Below, in pieces: positions 1 to 11,485 of a stretch of DNA of 64,000 nucleotides; the first letter of the stretch is position 1; each line of letters begins with the position of its first letter. This stretch comes from Bugula neritina (Eukaryota; Animalia; Bryozoa), in the NCBI GenBank assembly GCA_964035545.1, contig OZ037771.1, positions 6,233,190-6,297,189 of the forward strand, written 5' to 3'. A program made the translations under genes and the position numbers. A model generated the notes under the pieces. The model made no database searches and was not told the origin of the DNA. It saw nothing but the letters and a program-made list of their open reading frames with translations.

Positions 1-1728
1 TAGAAACTATATGCCTAAAATTAAGTTACCGGTTTGAGAACATAGTGGATATTCTTTAGAGCTTCTCGAACATCTTTGACTGAACACAAGACGTAAGTAC
101 AGACCACGTAGTCCACACTATTGGCTGGAATGAGACCCGGCAAATTCTCAACCATTCCTTTCACCACCTCATAAGATTTCAAGTGTCTCCCAAATCTGTT
201 GGAGCAAATAGAATTTGTAAAAAATCATGTTTTTAAAGCTGTTTTGATATTAATTTCAGCAAAAAAGTTGAATAGTTAATAAACTATTTAGTAATATATT
301 CAAATTATGCAAAAAAACTTCAAGGTTTTTGAAAAAAGCAGACAAAATAAACACTCCTGTTTTTGAAAAAGCTGTGGGAATAAAAACAATGTACCAGGGT
401 TCAAATTTTTACATACATGCAGAAACATTACTGCTTAAATTGAAGCACAACTTATAGGAAGGAGATAGTAAACCAGTACGGAGGTCCTAGGTAAACACGT
501 TTGTCTGAAACTTTGTTGGGTCTTTTGTTAGAACCTCTTTCTGATTTACTGTGTGCAACTTCCCTACCCCATGGATGTTTTTAGATAAGCTCGTAGTTTA
601 TTCTATACAGTTTAAACTATTTTTAAGGCTTTATTGCATTCGGATTCAGAGTTATCATCTCACAAATTAAACTTCTCTCTAATAATGTTATCAAATATGT
701 GTAGCTGCAGCATTGGAAACATTTCATTGGCCTATATTTTTATTGTTGTTATTATATATATAATTTAAATGGTAAGGGTAGACAGTTTATCTGAAAACTC
801 ACTAAACTGTTTGTGAAAATTTGTTTATCTAGAGTGGTAACATGTAGTTTATAATGAAAAATTGATGTTTGTTTAAAGCGAAGGTAAAATATTTATTTGG
901 GAAGAAGGTTAATTTAGGTATAACTTGAAAGTAATAAAACAGCAAGACACCATAAAGTAAAGCCTCCCTGCAGGACCCATATTGCATAAGTAGCCTATTA
1001 AGTATAGAAAAAGTCAAATGTGTATTCTGTATCAGTTAACTACAAAAAGCACATAAAAGGAATTGGTATCCCACACCATGCTTTCTACTCAACCAGAAGT
1101 AGCTGACAAATTAAAACAGCATCGGGTGCTCTTTGCATTGCTGCAGTGTGTCAATACTCAACACTAAATCAAATTGGTGAGGCTACAACTCTAGTCAATT
1201 ATACGACCATTCAACATGTTCTAGTAAAATATTTATAGTTGCTAAACTTTATGCACACAGTTTTTACTCAAACATGCAGCTTCTATGCTAAATAACTTCA
1301 CATGTCACATTTACATATCAACTTACCTTATTAACATATTATATTAGATGTTTTTCATACCTCTCAAAGCTATTGTGGAGATGCTCATCGAACTCAGTGA
1401 CGGGCTCCAAACATGTGACCACACTATTCAAAGGGTAGTATCGGAAGTTAGCTCCCCCACCTGAACCTATCTCCAATATCTTGACTCCCATATCTGTCCT
1501 CATACAGCTGAACATTTCTTCTCTCCATCTAGTTTAAATAACACGCATGCAGCAGCAGCAAATTTAATTAACAACAATTCACTTTATAATCAGCCATAGT
1601 ATAGACTCTAGACCATAGTAACTTAGTTTGTTTGTTTGTTTGTTTGTATTTTCATAAAATAGTAGTTTATGTCATAGGTTGAAAAATAGAAAAAAATCAG
1701 TGATGAGGGTCCATATGCACAATAGCAG

Positions 1729-1840
1729 AAGGTTAGCGGTTTGAATCCTAGTAAAAGCCATTGGTGACATTGGGAAAGAAATTTAGTCCTAGTTAATCAT
1801 TTGTTAGAATGAAAGCAAGTCTTTGGTCCATTTAAAAAGG
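1729..1840 (+). mobile_element. Truncated, diverged copy of the tRNA-derived SINE family
   Basis: GGTTTGAATCC (B-box-like) followed by AAAGCCATTGGTGACATTGGGAA, matching the core of the copies at 8947, 18112, 26507, 26872 and 31795. Confidence 0.6.
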
Positions 1841-2639
1841 GTTATACTTCAAAAACAAACGTAAGTTTTTTTGTTTTATAAGCATGCAGGTATAGTTTTA
1901 TAAGCATGCAGGTACAATTTTATAGTCATGGTTAGAGCTATGCAACTGGACGCTAAGCTAAAAAACATGTGCAATATTTGGCTCTAGCAGACGTTTTAAC
2001 TTTTAATGAAATTAGACATCATTGTGCTGCTGATCTCTACATAATTCAAACAGGTACAAAAACTAAACTAAAGTCTTTTGATCTTTTGATCTGTGCTGCA
2101 AGTATTCATCACAGTTCATAGGTTAATATGTGACATAATTTCTTTACCTCTGAGAATATTGTGTATCTGTTGATGTAACCAGCCACACCAACAACTTTCT
2201 ACCTAGACCAGCATATTTGGCTAAAAGTTTAAAGAGCACAACAAATACTACAACGAATATTACTGGAGAGAGGTCTATATCTGACAGCATAACAACTGCG
2301 GGGCCGAAGGCTCATCTCTAGTCGCTCAGAATTTATAGAAAACGCCTCAGTACCTTACACGATGTCTACTGTTAGTTACAGCATCTTAATATTGAATTTA
2401 TCATTTTTTAAATGAGGTAATTTGCAATTATTTAATTTTTTGAATTCTGTAAGAAATTCTTGCCATTTCATGCAACAAACTATTAAAATAAATTAGTTCA
2501 TTACCCAACGCTTATTGGATCTCATTAACAGATGATACCTACTGTTACTAACTGACGTAGAGCTTGTTTCCACTAAAGAAATGCAGGGAAACAAAACTCA
2601 TATAAAGGAAAGGTGTAGAATGCAGTCATGTGAAAGAGA

Positions 2640-2850
2640 AGAAGGCCATGATGAGTAGAAATAGAGAAGTTAGGAGAAGGTCCCTTTTGATGAGGCAGAT
2701 ACATGCATTAGTGAAGACACCTTGAAGAACTGCTGCCAAGTTCCATAGTGTCCGGGCAAAAAGTTGGAAATTTTCAACATGGAGTGGAATCTGTCTAGAA
2801 ATGCAATTTAGCCAACCATAGTTCACAGGCTAAAGAGAGTGAGCTGTTGC
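2640..2850 (-). mobile_element. Possible 3' remnant of a CR1/L2-like LINE ORF2
   Basis: Minus-strand translation 'FQLFARTLWNLAAVLQGVF' resembles the FF.RT..LWN.LP C-terminal motif of CR1/L2 RTs. Short and degenerate. Confidence 0.3.
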
Positions 2851-3160
2851 GGAGTTGGGGGAGGGTTGTTTTCACGCCCCATTTTAAATTACTTGCACTC
2901 ACAGACTAGAAGACTTACTCTCCCTAATTTATTTTATATGTCAAACTGTCATATAATATAAACAGCTATATAATATCATATTGAGGACACATTGTTGGGA
3001 ATCATTTTTAGCTTACCTGAAAAGTGGGAGGAGTTTCATTACGTGACATTGTCTGTCAGAATGACATAAGTTCAAGCAGGTAGCTCTTCAGGTTACTGCA
3101 GACTAGACAGTTAGACAGTACAGCTGCTACAACTCTCTCCTCCTATTCAAAGCTGCTGAG

Positions 3161-6100
3161 ATGGAAGTTTCAAAGAGTATCAAGCTCAACAGTGGCCATG
3201 AAATGCCTACTATTGGTCTAGGCACCTACACCATGTTCAAGGTACATTTTATGTCCTATTTATATAAATTAATACAATGTTAATGTAAGTTATACCCCAA
3301 ATTTGTAGATTTTCAAAATTGATGGGGTAATAGTTAAAAGCCCTCAGCTTAGAATTTTCAAAATATAACTGCCGGTTGCCTGCAAACAAAGAAAAAGCAA
3401 TTCTTGCTGCAGTAAAAATATTTCAAACTGTTTTTACTATCTTGCCTAGAAGCTGCGGCCATCTTGAATAAGATTAGCTGCATACTTTACCTGTCTGTGC
3501 ACTCAATGTGCATACAATGATCCTTGTTGGTTTGTTTCAGGACCAGGCAGACATGCTGACTGTAATCCCGGCAGCAATTGAAGCAGGTTACAGACACATT
3601 GATACTGCAACTGTTTATGAAACAGAAACCTTTATTGGAGAAGCTTTAGAGCAGATGATAAGTTCTGGAAAGATCCGGAGAGAGGAAATATTCATCACGT
3701 GTAAAGTAAAGTATTGCTAGACACACTTCATATTTGTTAATGTTAGATAATTAAGTATCTCTAAGTCGAGTTTGATTGAGGAGTATGTTTTCTTCCACTT
3801 TTTTGTAGTTGCTTATTCAATTATTATATATTTATTATAAAAAATGGGGTTAGTATTAGTTTTATAATACTACAAGCTCCAGAGCATGAGCGTAAAAGTT
3901 ACTATAAAACAAAGCTCTTTATTAAAGCATACGACCCTCAAGCAATCTGTAGATGATAGATAAGATATATATGAATATTTTAATACTGCATAAGGGAAGC
4001 TTGTCAGGCGTTCTTTATAAGTTTGTGAGACGGCACATCTGAAATATAATCCACAGCATGTTGTGATATTACACAGCCTTGACCTTTGCCTTTATTCCAG
4101 GTATGGAACACATGTCATCAACCAGATAGAGCTAAGGCTTCTGTTGAACAAAGTCTTAAAGATTTGAAGACTGAATATATTGACATGGTTTTAATTCACT
4201 GGCCAATGGCATATGCTGTAAGTATAGTGTGTACATATACAACCGTATGCAGTGTATAACATACTGTATGCAGTGTACATATACTGTATGCAGTGTATTA
4301 TATGCTGTATGCAGTGTATTACATATTGTATGCAGTGTATTACATACTGTATGCAGTGTATTATATGCTGTATGCAGTGTATTATATGCTGTATGCAGTG
4401 TATTACATGCTGTATGCAGTGTATTACATACTGTATGCAGTGTATTACATGCTGTATGCAGTGTATTACATGCTGTATGCAGTGTATTACATACTGTATG
4501 CAGTGTGTTATATGCTGTATGCAGTGTATTGTATAGTAACTCATCTCCACCTTCGTCTATATAGGTTCTGAAGTAAAGATTGATTTGCTATGCTTGCTTA
4601 TGTTCATTTATTACATAAACAGGCTACTATAAATGCACTTCATTTATCGTATAGGTAATATACCAGCTTCTATTTAATCTGTGCTCAGCAAACCCCAGAA
4701 AGATGGCAAATAAATAAATAAATAAATAGTATTGTTTGCATTAGAAAAACCAAAGAATGTCTGACAGGTTATCTTATATAAATGTATATTTTTCTTCGTG
4801 TCAGTTTCTCTCTCACCATCTGTCTGTCTGTCTGTATGTATTAGTTAAATGACTGACCTCAATACAGGTTAATGTAGACAGTTTTATGCCATGACACTGG
4901 TCTGACATTCTATATGCAGCCGGCAACAGCTTGCTAAGCACCAGCTTGCTTTTAGTACGACGATATGTTGATAATCAAAGGTCTACATCGCACACCAGAT
5001 TGCTAGTGCTAGTGTGTGGGTAATTTTATCAGTTTTTAAAAAGGCTCTTTTTATGACTTTTAAACTAAACAAGTTGTAATAGATTCTCCTGGTTAGACTG
5101 CAGAGTAATTTGACTCTGGGTAATAAATCACTGGATCATTTATATTATAAATAAAATTTAATAAACATCAGCATTTAGACAGTGCAATCAATCAATTTTT
5201 CTAGCTGCCAGCTGTATTGTAACAGTAGTGTTTCATTTTATACAGAGACTCATTGGTCGTTTTAATTTGTGTTACAAAAATTGTAGCAATAAAATAATTA
5301 GCACCTTTGATAATCTAAAGCCTATCTAGAGTAACTTTTAATAACTTTTTTGTGGTTTAATCAAAAGTGTTGATTAAAAAAAACAAACATAGTTAAAAAC
5401 TTTTTATTATTTTGAACCATTTCACTCTAAAATTAATTCACTGAAATTAGATTTAGACTAAGCTTCAAAGTTGAGCGTTTCATTTATGCAGGCAAGTGAT
5501 GAAAGAGTCCCCAAAGATGAGAATGGAGACGTGATGTATGCTGACATAGATTATGTTGATACATGGAAAGCTTTGGAAGAATGTGTAGAAGGAGGTCAAG
5601 TCAGATCCATAGGGTTGTCCAACTTTAACATTGAGCAGATTACTAGAGTTTGTGACTCGGCTAAGATTCAACCAAGTAATCTGCAGGTATAATTGAGGCT
5701 CAGTATAATTATCTCAGTTGAACTGCTTGCATTCTAGTTGGTTAAGCTATTCATGGTGTCTGGTAAAAATGACACAGGTAATAATGGTATAAATGGAAAA
5801 GTAGATAAATGTGACACGTTTTCAAAATTGGGCTTTGAGTTTGGGCAAATTTAACATCAGCTAGTGTGCCGTTTTTACATACTTTTCAATTTTGTGCCAT
5901 ATATTGTTATCTGTGCTATTCTTACCTAAAATCGCTATTTATCGTTCAGAGATAATAGCACTATAGTACTGTGTGAGAGGACAAAATTATTATGAAAGCT
6001 CTGAAACAACTATAGGCCTATTTACAGTATGTGTACAGTATATGCAACTGCTAATGCTGCAATTTTTCTCTTTGGTTGGTAGGTTGAATTGAATGCTTAT

Positions 6101-7298
6101 TTCAATAACAAGAAGTTGGCAGATTGGTGCGGAGAGAAGGGGATAGTTGTGAGTTGCTACGCCCCTCTCAGTAGCCCTGGAAGGTTCTGGAAGGAGTCGG
6201 CAGACCTCAACCTAATTGAAGACGAAGTTGTAGTGAAAATAGCTGAGATCCATAAGAAGACAGCCGCTCAAGTATACATAAAATAGTATTCTTATTTCTA
6301 GTCAGTACAACATTAGCCAATGAGGTCAAAGATACTTGTGGAGTTATCTACACATGTATGCTGATTACTTGAATTGAAGATCGATCTAGTAGAATTGATT
6401 CTAACAAATATTTGTAATCTGTAAAATAAAGCAATCTGTTTAAAATTACAAATCGAAGCTTTGCAAAAATCTAAATGTTGACATCTAACAATTTTACACA
6501 GTCAAACTTCTTCTGGCTAGCTTGTAAACAATGATTGGAAAGACAACTCTACTTCTTTATTGTGATGCTAAACTTTGTAGGTGGCTCTGAGGTTTCTCCT
6601 GCAGAAAGGATATGTAGCGTTACCAAAATCAGCTAATCTCAAAAGACTAGCTGAGAATATAGATGTAAGTGTATCATCATATGCTATATATTATAATTTG
6701 CTGTGGAGCGTTGTGTTATGCATGCAAGTGTGAATGGTTCTAAAAGCAGCTCCAAGTTGGGGGTGACAGAGTGCAATAGTTTGCGGTTCTCTAATTTGGA
6801 GTTGGGATTTATTGAAACTCAAGAACCACAAACTACTAGCTGTGTTTGGTCACCCCGAACTTGGACCTGTTTATAGAACTATTCCATAAGTGTGATGTAA
6901 TCTACTGCTGAATATTGCGTCATACACATAATTAATACTTGTGTAGCTACTCTTGATACATTCTTTTGCTGCTTTAGGTCTACGATTTTAACCTCTCCGT
7001 TGATGAAATGGCTGAATTAGACTCGTTGAACAAAGACCTGAGAGTTTACTGTGAAGACTAGTATGTATTATATCGATCTCTGCTATTAATTTAGTTGTTT
7101 GTATAAACTGTCTCCTATCTACCTACCTAGCTGCAATAATGGTATGAAATTTAATAACTTTGCTGTCTACACTTTATGCTCCTCATTAAGAGATTTTTGG
7201 AAACTTTCTGACTCAACTTGAATGAAATTCACGCTCCTTCAAGTTTTTGTGTTTGTTTCTATTTTAGTGCTAGAAGCAGTCCTTATTTCCCATTCTGA
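3161..7298 (+). CDS. Aldo-keto reductase, AKR1-like (aldose/aldehyde reductase family), 8 exons, 314 aa
   Basis: Exons 3161-3241, 3541-3705, 4101-4217, 5492-5686, 6083-6271, 6581-6664, 6978-7060, 7268-7298; all GT-AG, phases consistent, 945 nt. Motifs [48 protein letters not shown] and C-terminal SPYFPF*. Catalytic D/Y/K/H tetrad present. AATAAA at ~7423. Confidence 0.96.
4240..4530. repeat. 21-bp minisatellite (CTGTATGCAGTGTATTACATA), about 14 units, in AKR intron 3
   Basis: Tandem units directly visible; explains the repetitive ORFs at 4191-4571. Confidence 0.95.
6733..6884. mobile_element. Palindromic MITE-like element (family A) in AKR intron 6
   Basis: Ends GAATGGTTCTA...TAGAACTATTC with internal arms CCAAGTTGGGGGTGAC/GTCACCCCGAACTTGG and TAGTTTGCGGTTCT/AGAACCACAAACTA. 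Related copy at 49985-50159. Confidence 0.75.
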
Positions 7299-8682
7299 AG
7301 AAGTGGTGCTTCTGAAGAGAAAAAGTGAAATAAGTTATTTTTGGCTCAAAGTAGGCGGTGGCTTTTAGAAACAATATTGTCTTGTATTTCATTTCACACA
7401 CTTTACATGGTTGCATTAGCTGAATAAAAATATTATCTAAATAAACCACTATCCACAAATTGAGATATTTTAGTTTTGAAGGTGAAGCAGCTGCAATGAT
7501 GGTAATGACCTGAATAGTTAAAGGTTTCTGTGTTGTGCTAATTTGGGCAAACTTCATAAAATTATTAAACCAACATAAAAAGTGATAAAAATACTTGAAG
7601 ACATGCTTAAACATTTCAGACAACTGCCTATATATGAATACCAAGGTTTGAACAAAATTCTAAGCTATTTCTGTAGTTGTCCATTACTCCATGAACCAGT
7701 CATAATACTTAAACACAATGGAGTCATGGTTATACAACTCCAACTACTGCATCAGCACAATGCTTGCAAACTTAAAATGTCATAACTTCATCACTTGTTA
7801 AATTGGCAATGTGTGCGGTAGAGTGCAACTATACCCACTGTTCACAGTTGAGCTATTCTTCTCAATGAAACCATAGCGATTGGCTCAACAGTGGTTCAAT
7901 GTATGGAAGGGCGGCTCCAACCCCACGCCCAATATCGGCATAACATCTATTAGCTGCTAACAACTTAAAATAGTACAAAGTCATCCCTTTTGTGACACAT
8001 GATTAACAGAGTTATTAACATTTTCCAATAGCCTATAGCCTATGGTAGTAAAAATTCAACATGTAAATGGAGTCTACAGTAAACTATGCTAATTCTGAAC
8101 TATATGTTTTTATTGATGAAAATACAACAAAAAATAAGTTTGCAACACTGGTATAGCTAGCTGGCAGAATTGTCCGCAAAATAAATACATAAGTATATTA
8201 TTCTGCAAACAGTGGATACATAAAAACCATAAATAAAATTACCATGATAGAATACATAAGAGTACAGAAAAATATAACTACAGCCCTTTTTTACATAAAA
8301 TACAACATAGCCTAATTTACAAATTCAATGACAAAAAGGTAAGGAACCAAAGATCAAATTACAGCATTGCATATATCAGTGCATATATTATACATAAAAT
8401 ATTTTAACATCATACTTTGAGTCCAAAACAAGACAGCCTTCAGCTGCCAAAATAATGATATTATAATATACTAGATTCAATGTTGAGAAAAGATAACTCC
8501 ACTGTGAGAACTGTGAAATATTTATATTATATTAAAAGTAAAAAGCCAAAGAAGCTGCTACAGCTTTCAAGTTACTTTAATAAAAGAGTTTTATTGCAAA
8601 CATATAAAATGCGTCTAGTAAATCTGTATAACTAAGTCATAATCATTCTGTTATTTTACATATTTGTTACCATAAAGTCACG

Positions 8683-11156
8683 TTACACGTGATAGTAGGA
8701 AAAGGCCTTTTCCATAGGAAAGAGATCTTTGAATATTCTCACAGAGCTGGAGGTATGCATTGGTGCTCTAGATGCCTTCCTGTAGCCTTGTTTTAGGAAA
8801 AATCTCACAGCTTTAGATGAAGCCAGTAGCCTTATTACTACACTGTTGTCCTAAAATATACACAAAATCATTGAAACTAAAAAAAAATCTTAAGAACTAA
8901 GAATTTTGAATCATTAATTAACTGTAAAATTTATGAGAAGTTTTACGGTTAAGCACGAAGGTCATGGGGGGTTCGAGCCCGACAGAGGCTATTGGTGATG
9001 TTAGGAAGAGCATCCAGTCAAAATTTCTTCTGTGCCAAATATGAATAAGTCCTTAGCTCGCTTTAAAAAAATCCTTTTCATCAGGGGTTTCTCACAGGGA
9101 TAGTGACTATAAACTTGAGGGAGTTTTTTCATGAGAATCTTACCAAATTATGCAGATATTTCTCCATGTGTGTGAGCAAGGCCGAGCCATATCCACATCT
9201 TTTATAATAGCTGTCAGTGAAGATATATTCTACTATATGACAGCCATTCTCGAGAAAGCTATTAATAGTAGGGTACTCTGTAAAGGCTGAAACAAACAAA
9301 ATGCAACAACTCGTTCTGCATATGCTGACAACTTTTGTGACATTGATGATATGCTAGTAAAGATATATGACAACTTCTGTAATGATTATTTGTTGGTTTC
9401 GTAATATTTGATCAAAAGTGCAACTAAAAATATACATATACCAGAAAAAGCATTAATGACAAGACTAGTGATACAATAATTAGTATATGTTACTTCCTTG
9501 TCAGACTCATTGCTCGTATAAACATAATAAATATACTCACGGAAGAAATGTTCCCCTGGAAATTTGTAGGGAGGAAAAATAAGATAAGCATCGTCAAAGA
9601 CGGGCCTCACAGTACCCACACAGACTAGAATCTTCACAGCACCTGAAATAGTGAGCAGCCATATTGGTTATCTACAGTAACAAGATATTCCCATACCCAA
9701 ATGACAAGCAACCTTAAGAAATTGAAGAGAAACTTGCCAACAAATCTTTTAAGATAAATAGCATGGCAAAACAAACCAATCAGAACAAAGCATTCAAACT
9801 TTATAATGTGCTGGTCAATTATACAATTATAAACAATTCCAATGCTAGTAAATAAATACCCCATAACACATTAAACAATTTTACCTCAGTAATCATCAAC
9901 TATTAAAATTAAAGATATATAAGTTTTACAGTTTTATATTCAGACTTCATCTTTACATTCAAAAATATTAATACAAAAATGTGAGACCCTATTATACACA
10001 TAGTTGTTTTGGCCAGTGTTGAGTAAGTCAAATATTTGTATCTAAAGTTGCGTTTATACCTCTGCTGAAAAAAGTACCGAGTTTAAGTTAATAACGCTTT
10101 TCCGGGTACCCCTTTATAGTCAAACTTAAACTCGTTGAAATCATATTGATGCGGTTGCTCACTTTCTGAAATTGAAATTTGACTCGCATAATAGCTATTT
10201 GATGCCCTTTGTAAACGTCGTGAATTAGTGAAGCGGAAAGCATAAAAGCGATAATTGAGAAGGCGTAGGCTATATAATTATAACCGTATAAGTACGTTGT
10301 CTAATCGCCAAAGTAATAACTAAATAACGATGTTTACAAGGAGTTATCATTCCTATTCTAAAATTGGCCGATTAAGTTATCACAGTACAAAAATTTCAAC
10401 GGGTGGCTTTTACAATGCAATGCAACTCGGAGAAATTTCAATCCGGCCAAATTGAAATTTTGACCGAAAATCGTGAAGGTATAAACGCAACTTTAGACAT
10501 AATTAAATAACAAGTTGATACCTTGATGACTGACTCTATAGCCAAAGAACAAAACATTATTCTCCGGGACATTTATACTCTGACCAACCGACTGGCTAGT
10601 GAACTTTCTAAATTGCTTGATATTCTCATCTGTTAATTCTTTTTGCTCCACTACAAATTCTGTACTATTACTCATCATATGGCTACAAGAGATAACACAA
10701 AACATTAGAAGGTAAACTTATTTACTCGTATAAAATGAAGCTTTCTTGAAAAAGTGATTGATAATGACCAGAACAAGTGATGCCTGCAATTCACTATGAC
10801 CAATTAGCAACTGAGCCAATGTACTTAAAGATGAGGTCACGAGTCTCATTTCTAACCAGAATGGTAATCAATTAAGTTGCATATGTAAAACAAAATAAGT
10901 GAAAGAGACACTACGCTTTCTCATAACTAATTTTAAAATGAAAAACCAACAAAGCTGAAGGCTACAGCTACAGATAATAGTGTTAAATGAAAATAAAATA
11001 AAACTAAATGATTACATTCATTGAATCTAAACTAAAAAAACTGTGACTAGTAAGTTAAAGAACAGTGAAGACATCAAAAATTATTGGTATAAAATATTTG
11101 ATGTAAATATGAACTCTCAAACACATTAAATAGTGAATTTCCCCATCTTACAGCAT
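8683..11156 (-). CDS. GNAT-family N-acetyltransferase-like protein, about 190 aa; 5' end uncertain
   Basis: Exons 10682-10522, 9642-9541, 9286-9144, 8850-8683 splice in frame. Motif A 'IVEYIFTDSYYKRCGYGSALL' and motif B-like 'SKAVRFFLKQGY'. Start is either ATG 10678 or ATG 11156 in a small exon ending at 11152 (donor GTAAGA). Confidence 0.75.
8947..9123 (+). mobile_element. tRNA-derived SINE, 5'-truncated, in GNAT last intron, antisense to host
   Basis: B box GGTTCGAGCCC, core GGCTATTGGTGATGTTAGGAAGAGCATCCAGTC, 3' part TCTCACAGGGATAGTGACTATAAAC shared with the other copies. Confidence 0.85.
9753..9920. repeat. ~165-bp direct duplication, copy 1 (copy 2 at 11262-11429)
   Basis: GCATGGCAAAACAAACCAATCAGAACAAAGCATTCAA...TATTAAAATTAAAGATATAT occurs twice with few mismatches. 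Confidence 0.9.
10046..10492. mobile_element. ~445-bp MITE (family B) with 16-bp TIRs
   Basis: AGTTGCGTTTATACCT ... AGGTATAAACGCAACT. A highly similar inverted copy lies at 39596-40032. Confidence 0.9.
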
Positions 11157-11261
11157 TCGAACAAAGATCACCTTTTTACCAGTGGCTGACTATGTGATAT
11201 GTTCTTCACAAAATGGGACTTTTTATAATAAGACAAAAGTTATAGATTAAACAGTTTATTT

Positions 11262-11429
11262 GATAAACAGCATGGCAAAACAAACCAATCAGAACAAAGC
11301 ATTCAAGCTTTATATTGTGCTGGTCAATTTGACAATCATAAACAATTCCAATGCTAGTAAATAAATATTCCATAACACATTTAAATATTTTTACCTCAGT
11401 AATTATCAACTATTAAAATTAAAGATATA
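11262..11429. repeat. ~165-bp direct duplication, copy 2
   Basis: Near-identical to 9753-9920. Confidence 0.9.
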
Positions 11430-11485
11430 TTATACTTTATATACAGTAAAACGCTATTGAAACTCTAACTAATCAGCTAGAGGTT

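Noticed and set aside
2296-2330. GC-rich mini hairpin (minus strand GCCTTCGGC) as a structured RNA
   Set aside because: Too short, single copy, and no further ribozyme or snRNA features.
4191-4571. Overlapping repetitive ORFs (IHCIQ/CMQC/YAVY)
   Set aside because: Translations of a 21-bp intronic minisatellite; the AKR exons splice around it.
6272-10521. GTATAC (6272) and GTATCA (10521) donors as possible U12-type introns
   Set aside because: They do not match RTATCCTT and no TCCTTAAC branch site is evident.
10726-10783. Extra GNAT exon (ITCSGHYQSLFQESFILY)
   Set aside because: In frame, but needs a ~43-nt intron, shorter than any other here; left out of the model.
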